Assembly: GCA_036149055.1 (NCBI GenBank)
Contig: JAYZQJ010000014.1
Span: forward strand, 87,929-151,928
From: Myxococcota bacterium
Lineage (GTDB): Bacteria; Myxococcota_A; Polyangia; Polyangiales; Sandaracinaceae
Direction of reading: 5' to 3'
DNA length: 64,000 nucleotides
Shown one piece after another: positions 27,277 to 37,902 of this stretch. Position 1 is the first letter of the stretch. Each line of letters begins with the position of its first letter. The position numbers and the translations under genes were made by a program. The notes under the pieces were generated by a model, which was not told where the DNA came from, ran no database searches, and worked only from the letters and a program-made list of their open reading frames with translations.

Positions 27277-28692
27277 TCAAGGCGCGTGCTCGCGGGCGCC
27301 GATGTCGTGCACGGCCACGCCGTCCCCGTCCCCGTCGATGGGGCGGGGATCGCCGGAGACGTCGACCGCGACCACGTAGCCCGTGTCGGCCGCGTCGACG
27401 GGGGCGACGCCGGAGCGCAGGCGCAGGTCGCCGGCCACGACGTCGACGAAGGGGGAGACGTCGAGCCGGAGGTTGTGCGCCTCCTCGTCGGGCGTCGGGC
27501 CGTCGTAGGTGGCGCCGACGAAGCCGTAGTAGAGGTTGTTCACCACGCTCCAGCGAGGGTCGTGGCCGTCGGAGCTGTTGTTCCAGAACGCGTAGGCGCG
27601 GCGGGCAGACGGCGCCCCGGTGATCGTGTTGTAGGTGAAGCGATAGAAGCTGTTCCGGGCGTCGTCGCGCTCGAGGTCGAGGCACTGGATCAGGTAGACC
27701 GCGGCGCCGGCGACCGAGAACAGCTCGTTGTTGCGGACCAGCGCGGTGACCCGGGTGCCGCGCGCGGCGGGCGTGGTGCCGCAGAACCCGCCGGAGCCGA
27801 TCAGCAGCTCGATCGGTTCCGTCAGCGCGCTCCCACCCCGTGGCTCGAACCGGTTGCGCTCGACCGTCACCGCGTAGGTGGACGCGGGGGCGGTCTGCCG
27901 GACGCCGCCGAGGAAGCGGATGCCGCGCCCGGAGACGCAGCGCGAGTCTTCCATCGTCAGGCTGCCGCCGCGCCACGCCAGGCTGGTGTGCAGACAGTAC
28001 GAGGAGCCCCCCGGCATGCGAATGTCCAGACGCGAGAGGTGCAGCGACCAGTCGCTCGCGATGTTGATCTGGCGACCCGCGCAGCTCCCGCCCCCGAGCG
28101 GGCAGGTGTGGATGCCCTCGTTCCGCGTCCCCTCGAGCGTGAAGTCGGCGAGCCGCGTCGCGGTGGGGTCGGGGTCGTCGAGGTCGCGGACGCTGATCTC
28201 GCCGCGCACGATCGTCGCCGGGCCCTCCCCGACGACCGCGACGTGAGGGCGAAGCGAGAAGGCGGCGTCGTGCGTCCCGGCGCGCACGCACACGACGCCC
28301 GGGCTCGGCGCCGCCGCGACCGCGTCCGGGATCGTGGCGTGATCGTCGGGCACGACCAGGTCGCAGGGGTAGGCGAACATCGGCCCCGCATCGACCCCGG
28401 CGTCGACCGCCCCGGAGTCGCCTGCCCCAGCGTCGATGCCCCCCGAGTCGCTCGCTCCGCCGTCGACGGCCCCGGCGTCGACAGCCCCGGAGTCCACGGC
28501 CCCGGAGTCGACCGCGCTCGCGTCCCGGCCGCCCGCGTCCAGTCGTCCCCCGTCCCACTCCGTGACCGACCCATCGACGAGCCCCGCATCCGAGGTCGCG
28601 CCCGCGTCCCCGCTCGCCTCGCCGTCGCAGCCGGCCAGCAACGTCACCAGCGCGAGCGCCCACGGCGCGGCCCATCGTGTTCTCACCTGCAT
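27277..28692 (-). CDS. Lipoprotein with DAG/DSG linker, parallel beta-helix-like body and choice-of-anchor-Q-like tail
   Basis: Lipobox LAGC; VP.D..TI.DA, V.V.AGT; NNL....; DLRL..G...VDA...D..G.PR.....DIGA.E. Confidence 0.75.
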   Translation of the reverse strand: MQVRTRWAAPWALALVTLLAGCDGEASGDAGATSDAGLVDGSVTEWDGGRLDAGGRDASAVDSGAVDSGAVDAGAVDGGASDSGGIDAGAGDSGAVDAGVDAGPMFAYPCDLVVPDDHATIPDAVAAAPSPGVVCVRAGTHDAAFSLRPHVAVVGEGPATIVRGEISVRDLDDPDPTATRLADFTLEGTRNEGIHTCPLGGGSCAGRQINIASDWSLHLSRLDIRMPGGSSYCLHTSLAWRGGSLTMEDSRCVSGRGIRFLGGVRQTAPASTYAVTVERNRFEPRGGSALTEPIELLIGSGGFCGTTPAARGTRVTALVRNNELFSVAGAAVYLIQCLDLERDDARNSFYRFTYNTITGAPSARRAYAFWNNSSDGHDPRWSVVNNLYYGFVGATYDGPTPDEEAHNLRLDVSPFVDVVAGDLRLRSGVAPVDAADTGYVVAVDVSGDPRPIDGDGDGVAVHDIGAREHAP

Positions 28693-28722
28693 CGGCGCTC
28701 CATCCTCGCTCAGGCAGCGACG

Positions 28723-29238
28723 TCAGTCGAACGCGGCGCGGAGGGTGAAGGAGGAGCCCCGCAAGGTGAGAGGCAGCTCTACTCTTCCGCCATCCGTAGC
28801 GGCGAGAGATGCGCGGGCGAGCGGCCCCGAGGGGATCAGCCAGGTCTCCGCTTCCGGGTCGAGCCTGCCGCGGTCGACCAGGGCGCGCGCCTTCGTCTCG
28901 AGCGCGACCCACCGGACGCGCGCGGCCTCGATGTCGTCTTCGCTGACCGCGACCTCCTCCCCGACGCTCGCGTCGACTCTGGCCCGCGCGACCACGATCC
29001 CCAGGCACCCCAGGACGCTCTCCTCCGGGCCGCGGCGGGTGCGGCCTCCTTCCGGGATGAGCGCCAGGTCGGGTAGCTCGGCCATGACGCGCTCCGCCAA
29101 TCGGTGCGCGTCTGCGTGGGCTAGCTCGACGGTGACGCCGAACACGAGGAACGCCTCGGGGGCGCCGTCGAACCCGGGCGGGCTCGCCATGGCCTCCAGC
29201 GTGCGTCGCTCGCCCTCGTCGACCGCCTTCCCGCTCAT
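28723..29238 (-). CDS. Hypothetical protein
   Basis: ATG at 29238 preceded by GGAGG; co-directional with neighbours. Confidence 0.55.
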   Translation of the reverse strand: MSGKAVDEGERRTLEAMASPPGFDGAPEAFLVFGVTVELAHADAHRLAERVMAELPDLALIPEGGRTRRGPEESVLGCLGIVVARARVDASVGEEVAVSEDDIEAARVRWVALETKARALVDRGRLDPEAETWLIPSGPLARASLAATDGGRVELPLTLRGSSFTLRAAFD

Positions 29239-29376
29239 CTCACGACCTCCTCGGGCGAGCCTGCGCCAGAGCGACACGCCCCCGCACGCGAGCGGCGGAA
29301 TCTGCGGCATCGACGGCGCCTATCGCGTCATCGGGCACGCCTGGCCTTCGCGCCCTGGATTCGGCACCCTCCGCGC

Positions 29377-30558
29377 GTGACCCGCGCCGCCCTGCCCTGG
29401 CTCTTCCTCGCCGCCGCCTGCGCCTCGCCCGCGATCGACCTCGACGCCTCCGCGCCGGACGCTGGCGACGCGGCGGACGACGCGGGGCCGCCGCCGCCCG
29501 AGCCCGCCGCGGACTACTTCGCGCGCGGGCCGCACCCGGTCGGGAACGTGCGGGTGACGCTCACCGACGAGGAGCGCGGGCGCGCGCTGCCGACCGAGAT
29601 CTGGTACCCGGCCGCGGAGTCGGCGCGGGCCGACGCGGAGCGCGGGCAGCCGCTCGGGGCGTTCGAGGTCGAGCCGCGCGCGGGACAGCTCGCGACGCTC
29701 GTCGCCGAGGCCGACGCGCGCTGCCTGCGGGAGACGACCCGGTCGGCCGCCGCGCCCGAGCCCGCCGCCTCGCCCGCGCGCTGGCCGCTGGTGGTCTTCT
29801 CGCACTGCCACGTGTGCACGCGCTGGGACCTCGCCGAGGTCGCCGAGCGCCTCGCCAGCTTCGGCGTCGCGGTGGTCGCGCCCGACCACGAGGACAACAC
29901 GCTCTGGGATCAGCTCGCGGGCGACGCCGCCGAGGTGGGGAGCGAGTTCCTCGAGGTCCGGGTGGCCGACGCGCGCTTCGTGCTCGACGCGGTGCTGGCC
30001 GCCGAAGACGGCGAGCTCGCGGGGCTCGGCGGGCGCTTCGACCCGGAGCGGGTCGGCGTGATGGGACACAGCTTCGGGGCGGCGACGGCGGGGGTCGCGG
30101 CGGCGCGAGACGATCGCTTCCGGGCCGGGCTCGCGGTGGCCGCGCCGATCACCGCGCTCGGCGGAGGCGTCCGGGCCGGCGACGTCGCCACCCCCTTCGC
30201 CTTCCTGCTCGCCCAGGAGGACAACAGCATCACCGAGGTCGGCAACCGCCTCATCCGCGACGAGCACCGGCGGCTCGGCGCGCCCAGCCTGCTGGTCGAG
30301 GTGGCCGACGCCGGCCACTGGAGCTTCTCGGACCACGCCGGGCTCATCGACCTGTTCTCCGCCGGCTGCGGCGAGGGCGAGCGACAGACCCGGCCGGGCG
30401 AGCCCTTCAGCTACCTCGACAACGGGACCGCGCGCGACATCGCCGCAGGGATCGCCGCCGCGTACTTCGCTCACCACCTCCAGGGCGACCCCGGCGGGCT
30501 CACCCCGATCCTGCGCGGGCACCCCTCCGGCGCGACGACCGCGACGCTGCGCGAGTAG
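29377..30558 (+). CDS. Alpha/beta hydrolase lipoprotein (PAF-acetylhydrolase/chlorophyllase-like)
   Basis: IWYPA, PLVVFSH, LASFG..V.APDH, GHSFG nucleophile elbow, GH.SFSD. Confidence 0.87.
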   Translation: MTRAALPWLFLAAACASPAIDLDASAPDAGDAADDAGPPPPEPAADYFARGPHPVGNVRVTLTDEERGRALPTEIWYPAAESARADAERGQPLGAFEVEPRAGQLATLVAEADARCLRETTRSAAAPEPAASPARWPLVVFSHCHVCTRWDLAEVAERLASFGVAVVAPDHEDNTLWDQLAGDAAEVGSEFLEVRVADARFVLDAVLAAEDGELAGLGGRFDPERVGVMGHSFGAATAGVAAARDDRFRAGLAVAAPITALGGGVRAGDVATPFAFLLAQEDNSITEVGNRLIRDEHRRLGAPSLLVEVADAGHWSFSDHAGLIDLFSAGCGEGERQTRPGEPFSYLDNGTARDIAAGIAAAYFAHHLQGDPGGLTPILRGHPSGATTATLRE

Positions 30559-30575
30559 CGCCGTATCCTCGCCGC

Positions 30576-31253
30576 ATGAAGCCGGAAGAGATCGACGGAA
30601 TCCTCGCCGCCACGCTCGAAGACGAGCGGGTCTCGCGCGGCGAGCGCCACGCCCTGAAGGAGCTGATCCTCGACGAAGGGCTCACCGACGAGCAGCTCGC
30701 CTTCGTGCGTCACCGCGCGTTCGCGCTGGCCAAGGAGCGGCTCACGAGCGGGCGTCAGGTGCTCGAGTGGCTCGAGGACGTCGTGAAGATCCTGACCCCG
30801 CGCGAAGAGAAGGGGCCGCACCGCGCCGAGGTCCAGTTCAGCCCCGGGCCGGGCTGCCTGAACGCGATCACCCGCTGCCTCGACGAGGCCCGGGAGGCGG
30901 TCGACATCTGCGTCTTCACCATCACCGACGACCGGCTGGCGAGCGCGATCCTGGCGGCGCACGGGCGCGGCGTGCGGCTCCGGCTGCTGACCGACGACGA
31001 CAAGTCCTTCGACCGCGGCTCGGACATCGAGCGCCTCGAGGCGGCGGGCGTCCCGGTGCGCACCGACCGCTCCGAGCACCACATGCACCACAAGTACGCG
31101 GTGTTCGACCGCGACCTCCTGGTCACCGGCAGCTACAACTGGACGCGCTCCGCCGCCCAGCACAACCGAGAGAACCTCCTGGTCAGCGACGACCCCCGCC
31201 TCGTGAAGCCCTACCTCCGCAAGTTCGAGGAGGACTGGAGCAGCCTCGGGTGA
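30576..31253 (+). CDS. Phospholipase D-family (Nuc-type, single HKD) nuclease/phospholipase
   Basis: FSP, HMHHKYAVFD and TGSYNWT..A...N.EN motifs. Confidence 0.9.
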   Translation: MKPEEIDGILAATLEDERVSRGERHALKELILDEGLTDEQLAFVRHRAFALAKERLTSGRQVLEWLEDVVKILTPREEKGPHRAEVQFSPGPGCLNAITRCLDEAREAVDICVFTITDDRLASAILAAHGRGVRLRLLTDDDKSFDRGSDIERLEAAGVPVRTDRSEHHMHHKYAVFDRDLLVTGSYNWTRSAAQHNRENLLVSDDPRLVKPYLRKFEEDWSSLG

Positions 31254-31316
31254 CGTGAGGCCGGCGATCAGCCGAGATTAGCGGTGGGCGTCGGACCCCC
31301 GCGCTAGCCTCGCGAG

Positions 31317-32987
31317 ATGCGCCGCGCTGTATTTTTCGCCCTCCTCCTCTCCGCCTGCGGCGGATCCACGCCCACCGACGCCGGGGTGGAGCCCGACGCC
31401 AGCTCCCCCGTCGCCGACGGCGGGGACGCCGCGACGCCGGAGGACGCCGGCCCCACGGACGCGGGGGTCGAGCCCCGGGAGTGGCAGCTCGAGCCGGGGC
31501 ACTTCCACCCCGCGGTGATGCCGATGACGCTGGTCTACCCGCGCGGGGACGACGAGACGGCGGCCCACGCGCGGCACCGCTGGGCCCACCCGGGCATGGA
31601 GTACCGGATCCCGGCGGCGGTCATCCAGGGCGGCGCCTGGCCGTTCTTCTACGAGCTCGTCGAGGGGCCCGAGGGCGCCCGGGTCGGCGCGCAGCTCGAC
31701 CACGTCGGCGACACGCAGGTCTCCGGGCCCGACTACGGCGTGCTCCGCTGGACCCCGCGGCCCGAGGACGAGGGGGAGACCTTCACCTTCTCGGTGCGCG
31801 TGACCGACCAGGAGGGCGCCACCACCGAGGCGCGCTGGACGGTCACCGTCGACAGCGCGCGCTTCCTCTTCCTGAGCCCCGACGGTGACGCCGCCAACCC
31901 GGGCACGATCGACGCGCCGATGCGCGACGTGGCCGACTGGTACCGCGGCGACCCGGACGACTCGACCTTCGCCGACCGGATCGTGGTCTTCCGAGGCGGC
32001 GACTACCTGCCGATCGGGCAGGACGGCAACGAGAACCTCCGCATGGAGATCGGCTCCAAGCCGATGAGCTACATCGGCTTCCCCGGCGAGACCCCGACCC
32101 TCGACGCCACCCGCGCGAGCTGGACCTTCTGGGCCGGCACCACCGACGTGTTCTTCGCCGGCCTGCGCTTCGTCGGGAGCAAGGTGGTGAACCCCGACGG
32201 CGGCGAGGTGAACAACGCGCGCAACATCTCCTTCTACGGCGCGCGCAACCACGACCGGATCACCTTCTTCGAGATGACCGCCGAGGACATCGCGCCCGGC
32301 GCGGTCGGCAACGACAACCCGGCCTTCGTGTGGCGCCCCTCGAGCGGCTCGAACCGTGGTCAGTACTGGGCGTTCGTGAACAACCGCTTCGGCCCGGGCG
32401 GCCCGCGCTCGAGCAACGGGCCGCGGCCGGTCTCGATCTCCTGCGTCAGCTACGTCGTCTACGAGGGCAACACCGTCTTCGACTGGCACGGCACCCACAC
32501 CTTCGGCGACAAGGCGAACGTCGACCACGAGACCCAGCGCGACAACGATCTCTGGGAGGTGGCCCGCACGGTGGACGGCCCCGGCTACGCGCTCTCGGCC
32601 GGCATGGCGGACAGCTACGACCCGAGCCACGTCCCGGGCCACGTCGAGCTCGCCTACAACCGGGTGCGCATGTCCGACAGCGCCGGCCCGGCCCGCTACG
32701 CGGTCTCCATCGGCCGGAGCGCCATCGGGGACGACAGCCGCGGCCCGATCTGGGTCTACCGGAACTCCATCCAGGGCGGCGTCGCGTTCTGGACCGAGTC
32801 CATCTACGAGATCGCGGCCGAGGGCAACGTCGTGCAGGGCGACGTGGAGCGCGCGCGGGCGGTGCAGGACGGCGACAACCACATCGTGGCCGAGGGCGAG
32901 GAGAGCCCCTTCGACGACGCCAGCGGCGCGCTCGTCGGGGACGCGCGCGACCGCTACCTCGGCACGCACGGCACCGAGATCCGCTGA
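31317..32987 (+). CDS. Lipoprotein with Ig-like domain and beta-helix-like domain; paralog of 62367..64000
   Basis: Lipobox LSAC; G.L.WTP...F.VRVTD; F.SP.G....GTI..P. Confidence 0.75.
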   Translation: MRRAVFFALLLSACGGSTPTDAGVEPDASSPVADGGDAATPEDAGPTDAGVEPREWQLEPGHFHPAVMPMTLVYPRGDDETAAHARHRWAHPGMEYRIPAAVIQGGAWPFFYELVEGPEGARVGAQLDHVGDTQVSGPDYGVLRWTPRPEDEGETFTFSVRVTDQEGATTEARWTVTVDSARFLFLSPDGDAANPGTIDAPMRDVADWYRGDPDDSTFADRIVVFRGGDYLPIGQDGNENLRMEIGSKPMSYIGFPGETPTLDATRASWTFWAGTTDVFFAGLRFVGSKVVNPDGGEVNNARNISFYGARNHDRITFFEMTAEDIAPGAVGNDNPAFVWRPSSGSNRGQYWAFVNNRFGPGGPRSSNGPRPVSISCVSYVVYEGNTVFDWHGTHTFGDKANVDHETQRDNDLWEVARTVDGPGYALSAGMADSYDPSHVPGHVELAYNRVRMSDSAGPARYAVSIGRSAIGDDSRGPIWVYRNSIQGGVAFWTESIYEIAAEGNVVQGDVERARAVQDGDNHIVAEGEESPFDDASGALVGDARDRYLGTHGTEIR

Positions 32988-33151
32988 CGGCTTGCGTCCA
33001 CGTTCGGAGGCGCTAGAAGGGGCGACCCCTTCCCAGGGCGACGCTCCGCGCGCCCGCCTCTTCAATCCTCGAGTCGCCCCCCGCCGTCGCGCGCCACCCC
33101 TCCGGGTGCGCGCATCCGCTCGGCCGCGTGGGCGCCACGAAAGCAGTACCC

Positions 33152-34597
33152 GTGCTTCACCGTCTCCGGGAGCAGTGGCTCCAGAGTCCCCGCGCCGATC
33201 TCCTCGCCGGCGCCGTCGTCGCCCTCGCCCTCATCCCCGAGGCGATCGCCTTCTCGCTCATCGCCGGCGTCGACCCGCAGGTGGGGCTCTACGCCTCGTT
33301 CTGCATCGCCGTCGTGATCGCCTTCGCCGGAGGGCGCCCGGCGATGATCTCCGCCGCCACCGGCGCGATGGCCCTCGTGGTGGTCCCGCTCGTGCGCGAG
33401 CACGGCCTCCCCTACCTGCTCGCGGCGACGATCCTCACCGGCGTGATCCAGATCGTCTTCGGCTACCTCAAGCTGGCCCGCTACATGCGCTTCGTGCCGC
33501 GCGCGGTGATGACCGGCTTCGTCAACTCGCTCGCGATCCTGATCTTCCTCGCGCAGCTCCCGCAGCTCGAGGGCGGCGGCCTGACCACCTACGCGATGGT
33601 CGGCGCCGGCCTGGCCATCATCTATGGCCTGCCGCGCCTCACCCGCGCCGTGCCCTCGCCGATGGTGGCCATCCTCGTGCTCACCGCGCTGACCTGGTCG
33701 TTCGGCTGGGACGTGCGCACGGTGGGCGACCTCGGGGCGCTCCCGAGCGGGCTGCCCGCGTTCGCGCTCCCCGCGGTCCCCGCGACCCTGGAGACGCTCG
33801 CCATCATCGCGCCCTACTCCTTCGCGCTCGCGCTGGTCGGGCTCATCGAGAGCCTGCTGACCGCGCGCCTGGTGGACGAGGCGACCGAGACCGAGAGCGA
33901 CAAGCACGTCGAGTCGCGCGGCCAGGGCGTGGCGAACATCGTCGCCGGCTTCTTCGGCGGCATGGCCGGCTGCGCGATGATCGGGCAGTCGGTGATCAAC
34001 GTGAAGTCCGGCGGCCGCAGCCGCCTCTCGACCCTCTTCGCCGGCGTGCTGCTCCTCGTGCTCGTGGTCGGGCTCGGCGAGTGGGTCGCGCGCATCCCGA
34101 TGCCCGCGCTCGTCGCGGTGATGGTCATGGTCTCGCTGAGCACCTTCGACTGGTCGTCGATCCGCCGGCTCGCGGTGATGCCGCGCAGCGAGGCGATCGT
34201 GCTCGTGGTAACTGTGGCGGTGGTGGTGACCACCCACGACCTGTCCAAGGGCGTCATCGCCGGCGTGCTGCTCAGCGCGCTCTTCTTCGCCCGCGTGGTG
34301 GGCAAGCTCGTCACCGTCGAGCGCGAGGTCGACGAGGCCCGCGGCCTCTGCACCTACCGGATCGACGGGCAGCTCTTCTTCGTGTCGGTCGAGGACCTGC
34401 TCGGCGCGATGCGCTTCGACCGGTCGCAGCCGAAGGTCGTGCTCGATCTGCGCGACGCGCACGTGTGGGACGACTCCGCGGTGGCCGCGATCGACAAGAT
34501 CGTCACGCGCTTCCGCGCCCTCGACGTCGAGGTCGAGCTGCACGGCATGAACGAGGCGAGCGCGTCCCTGGTGCGGCGGCTCGGCGCGGCCACCTGA
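33152..34597 (+). CDS. sulP: SulP family inorganic anion transporter with STAS domain
   Basis: [48 protein letters not shown]. Confidence 0.94.
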   Translation: MLHRLREQWLQSPRADLLAGAVVALALIPEAIAFSLIAGVDPQVGLYASFCIAVVIAFAGGRPAMISAATGAMALVVVPLVREHGLPYLLAATILTGVIQIVFGYLKLARYMRFVPRAVMTGFVNSLAILIFLAQLPQLEGGGLTTYAMVGAGLAIIYGLPRLTRAVPSPMVAILVLTALTWSFGWDVRTVGDLGALPSGLPAFALPAVPATLETLAIIAPYSFALALVGLIESLLTARLVDEATETESDKHVESRGQGVANIVAGFFGGMAGCAMIGQSVINVKSGGRSRLSTLFAGVLLLVLVVGLGEWVARIPMPALVAVMVMVSLSTFDWSSIRRLAVMPRSEAIVLVVTVAVVVTTHDLSKGVIAGVLLSALFFARVVGKLVTVEREVDEARGLCTYRIDGQLFFVSVEDLLGAMRFDRSQPKVVLDLRDAHVWDDSAVAAIDKIVTRFRALDVEVELHGMNEASASLVRRLGAAT

Positions 34598-34613
34598 CCC
34601 GCCCCTCCGCCGC

Positions 34614-35018
34614 TCAGCGGTCGGTGACGCGCCAGACGAAGCGGAGGCCGGACCAGGTCTCGTCGACGGCGCAGACCTTGTTGTCCACGAGGCCCTGGGC
34701 GAGGCCGTAGGCGCGGACCCCCGCGTCGCCGAGATCGGTGGCCACGCCGCTCGCCTTCTTCGGCCAGCAGACCCAGAGCCCGCCGTCCTTGGCGATGCGG
34801 GCCTGGGCCTTCGGGAAGCGCGCCCGGAGCGCCCGCTCGGAGAGGGCGAAGAGCAGGGCCACGTCGATGGGCGCCTTGCCGCGCAGGTCGCGCTTCACGG
34901 TCACGCTCTCCGGCAGCCCCTCGAGGGCGAAGCCGTCGGGCGCGTCGAGCAACGCCACGCGGTGCCCCGCCTTCACCCCGAGCTTCTTCGGGAGCGGGGT
35001 GCCGCTGTAGCCGGCCAA
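34614..35018 (-). CDS. DUF3052-family protein
   Basis: AGYSGTPL.KKLG.K, LWV.WPKKASGV.TDL and GLVD.KVCAVD..WSGL; TTG start. Confidence 0.85.
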   Translation of the reverse strand: MAGYSGTPLPKKLGVKAGHRVALLDAPDGFALEGLPESVTVKRDLRGKAPIDVALLFALSERALRARFPKAQARIAKDGGLWVCWPKKASGVATDLGDAGVRAYGLAQGLVDNKVCAVDETWSGLRFVWRVTDR

Positions 35019-35020
35019 GG

Positions 35021-35563
35021 TCAGTTCCCGACGAGCTCGGCGAGGCCGCGGGCGAGGGCGCCCTGCTCGGCGGGGGAGAAGCCCTCGCTCTCGCGCACGA
35101 TGCGGCCGTTGCGGTCCACCCACACGCTGAAGGGCGCCGCGCGGCGCGGGTTGAGCTGGGTGGTGACGCGGGTGTCGAGGTCGGTCACCACGTCGAAGGT
35201 CACCCCGAGGCGGCGCGCCGCCGGGCCCGCGCGCATCACCGTCGCCTGCGAGTCCATGCTGATGGCCACGATCTTCAGGCCACGCTCGCGGTAGCGCTCG
35301 TACATCGCCTGGTAGAACGGCAGCTCCTGCTGGCAGGGCTGGCACCACGTCGCCCAGAACAGGATGACGACCGGGTCGTCGCCCAGGTGCTGCGACATGC
35401 GGAAGGGCCGCGAGGTCGGGCCGCCGGTGGCCGCCGGGAGCTGGAAGGGCGGGGGCCGGCCGCCGACGCGGGCCGACGCGAGCGAGGGGCCGAAGGAGGC
35501 CGGGACGAGCAGGGCCAGGGCCAGCAGGGCGCCGAAGCCGATCAGGAGGGTGCGCGTGCGCAT
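35021..35563 (-). CDS. TlpA-like thioredoxin-fold protein (exported)
   Basis: Signal peptide; FWATWCQPC..ELP. Confidence 0.9.
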   Translation of the reverse strand: MRTRTLLIGFGALLALALLVPASFGPSLASARVGGRPPPFQLPAATGGPTSRPFRMSQHLGDDPVVILFWATWCQPCQQELPFYQAMYERYRERGLKIVAISMDSQATVMRAGPAARRLGVTFDVVTDLDTRVTTQLNPRRAAPFSVWVDRNGRIVRESEGFSPAEQGALARGLAELVGN

Positions 35564-35580
35564 GAGCAATTCTCCGGGGG

Positions 35581-37275
35581 TCAGATGCGTCCGACGAACT
35601 CGAGCCGGATTCCTTCAAAGGTGGGGACATCGCGGCACACCCCGCCCGAGCAGATCTGCCCGCCGGGGGTCTGCCCGACGAAGAGGCCGAGGTAGGTGCC
35701 GGGCTCGAAGGTGTAGCGCCCCTCGAGCGCCGGGTAGAACTCGCCGCCGAGCAAATTGTAGTCGACCATCTGGCGGCGCTGCACGACGCCGGCCTGGAAG
35801 TCGGTCCAGCGGAGCGAGAGCGTCACGGTGAACGGCACCCCGAAGCTGTAGGTCGCCGAGACCCCGCCGATCTGGAACTCGTGCACCGAGTTGCCGAGCA
35901 GCTCCCGCTCGTGGCGGTGGTCGACGACGATGTCCACCGAGTGATCCCCGTCAGCCAGGGTCAGCTCGCCGCGCCCGTGGATCATCCAGCGGTCCATGTC
36001 GCCGGCCTGGAACTCGGTCAGCGGGATGTCGTGGAGCAGGACCTCGAAGCGCGAGCCGAGGATGAAGTCGAGGCTGTACTGCAGGCCCTCGCCGTACTCC
36101 TGACGCTTCTTCAGGCCGACCCAGCTGTGGGTGACGAAGACGCCGTCCCAGGCGTCGCCCCGGACCTCCTCGTTGAAGCCGTAGGCGACGCTGTTGACCG
36201 AGAAGCTCCAGGGCCCTGGCAGGAACGCGTAGTCCATGCGCACGCCGCCGCCGCGCTGGTTGCCGATGGCGCGGAGCCGCTGCGGCCCGTCGAACTCCAC
36301 CGGCGGCGCGGCGTTGTAGATGCGCCAGGTGCGGCTCTCGAGGGTCGAGGGCGCCACCAGGAAGTCCGCGTAGTCCTTCCACTCGACGAGCAGCGTGAGC
36401 TCGGAGAGCTGGAGCTGCGCCGAGCCGTAGACCGCGCGACCGCCGCGCACCGACTCCTCCTCGAAGAGGTTCTGGGTGCGGCGCATGCCGTTGGCCTCGG
36501 CGTAGAGCGCCAGCTGCCCGTCGGCGAGCGCCGGCGCCTCCACGCTCCAGCCGGCCACGTCGACCGCGCGGTTGGTGAAGGCGCTGAACTCCTCGTCCTC
36601 GAACCAGACCCGGACCGCGTGCGCGCCCACCGTGATCGGCAGCTCGCCGGGGATCGTCACCGCGGCGTTGGCGCCGGTGACCACGTCGGTGAACTCGCGA
36701 ATGATGCTGAGGTCGAGCGGGTCCTGATTCTGCGGGTTGGCGACGCCGCCGTGGATGCCGAACCGGAAGTTCTCGCCCTGGTAGCGCACGTGCCCGCCGC
36801 GGAGCGCGGTGTCGACGCCGAGCAGGTCCACCTTGCGGAACGAGAGCGCGATGCCGCGCCCGAAGACGATCTGGGTGTCGCCGGCCTCGATGGTCCAGTC
36901 CCGCGGCTCCCAGCGCAGCGTCAGCCGCTCGGGGCGGAGGTCCCAGGCGAGGTAGCACCGGGAGTCGCCCGCCACCGTGCAGGGGCTCTCCTGGAAGACC
37001 GTGGTGGGGACGAAGGCGTCGATGCGGCTCTCGACCCGGAGCTCGTCCCCCTGCAGCGCGAGGTCGAAGCGCTGGTAGAGCGAGCCGAAGTCCTCGTCGT
37101 ACGGGTCGCCGAGCTCGTAGTCGTTGCCCCGATAACGCAGGATGCTCGTGTTCGTGAGCGAGAACGTGGTCTCGCCGAACAGCGGCAGCTCGAAGCTCGG
37201 CGCCTGGGCCACCGCGGGAGAGGCGGCGGCCAGGGTCAGACAGACGGCGAGCGCGACGACGGCAGTCGCGCGCAA
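35581..37275 (-). CDS. Probable outer-membrane beta-barrel, DUF6029-like
   Basis: Signal peptide; alternating amphipathic strands; FG.G..L......G.D.AL.G; C-terminal GG.ICSGGVCR.VP.F.G. Confidence 0.72.
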   Translation of the reverse strand: MRATAVVALAVCLTLAAASPAVAQAPSFELPLFGETTFSLTNTSILRYRGNDYELGDPYDEDFGSLYQRFDLALQGDELRVESRIDAFVPTTVFQESPCTVAGDSRCYLAWDLRPERLTLRWEPRDWTIEAGDTQIVFGRGIALSFRKVDLLGVDTALRGGHVRYQGENFRFGIHGGVANPQNQDPLDLSIIREFTDVVTGANAAVTIPGELPITVGAHAVRVWFEDEEFSAFTNRAVDVAGWSVEAPALADGQLALYAEANGMRRTQNLFEEESVRGGRAVYGSAQLQLSELTLLVEWKDYADFLVAPSTLESRTWRIYNAAPPVEFDGPQRLRAIGNQRGGGVRMDYAFLPGPWSFSVNSVAYGFNEEVRGDAWDGVFVTHSWVGLKKRQEYGEGLQYSLDFILGSRFEVLLHDIPLTEFQAGDMDRWMIHGRGELTLADGDHSVDIVVDHRHERELLGNSVHEFQIGGVSATYSFGVPFTVTLSLRWTDFQAGVVQRRQMVDYNLLGGEFYPALEGRYTFEPGTYLGLFVGQTPGGQICSGGVCRDVPTFEGIRLEFVGRI

Positions 37276-37279
37276 AGGA

Positions 37280-37891
37280 TCACTCCGCGAGGAGCATGTC
37301 GAGCGTGTTGGTCAGCCCGGCGAGCGCCTCGGTGTAGCCGTACTCGCGGTACCGGATCGTGCCCTCGGAGTCGACGATGAGGGCGGCGGGGAGCGAGCCG
37401 GCCGGGAAGTAGATGCCGGTCTCCTGGGTCGGGTCCATGACGACCGGGTTGGTCAGGCCGTAGGTGTCGACCCAGTTCTGGCAGAAGGCGGCGTCCGGCG
37501 CCGCGTAGTCCTCGTCCTGGATGACGGCGACGACCACGCGCACGTTCTGGTCGGCGTACGCCTGGGTCAGCTGCGCCTCCATGACCTGCGCCTCGCGGAT
37601 GCAGGGGCCACACCAGCCGGCGGCGATGGACACGACGGTGAAGCTCGCGTCGCAGTAGCCCTCGGCCTCGCCGTAGAACTCGTAGGCGCTGCCGTCGCAG
37701 CGGTCGAGCGTGAACGGCGAGAACTTGCTGCCCTCGGACGAGCCGAAGCCGCTGGTCGGGGCGGCGCAGGCCGGCTGCTCGGCGCCCGAGTCCTGGAGCA
37801 CGATGCCCGCGTCGTCGTCGGCGGGCGGGTCGCCGCCGTCACAGCCGAGGAGACCGAAGGAGAGCGCGGTGAGGCAGAGAACGAATCGCAT
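37280..37891 (-). CDS. Thioredoxin-fold (redoxin) lipoprotein
   Basis: Lipobox LLGC; A.WCGPC..EA; LP..LIVD.EG.I. Confidence 0.85.
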   Translation of the reverse strand: MRFVLCLTALSFGLLGCDGGDPPADDDAGIVLQDSGAEQPACAAPTSGFGSSEGSKFSPFTLDRCDGSAYEFYGEAEGYCDASFTVVSIAAGWCGPCIREAQVMEAQLTQAYADQNVRVVVAVIQDEDYAAPDAAFCQNWVDTYGLTNPVVMDPTQETGIYFPAGSLPAALIVDSEGTIRYREYGYTEALAGLTNTLDMLLAE

Positions 37892-37902
37892 GGGTTTCCT
37901 CT

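Noticed and set aside
30576..31253. Anti-phage defence system built on the PLD nuclease
   Set aside because: Stand-alone gene with no helicase, methylase or other defence partners adjacent
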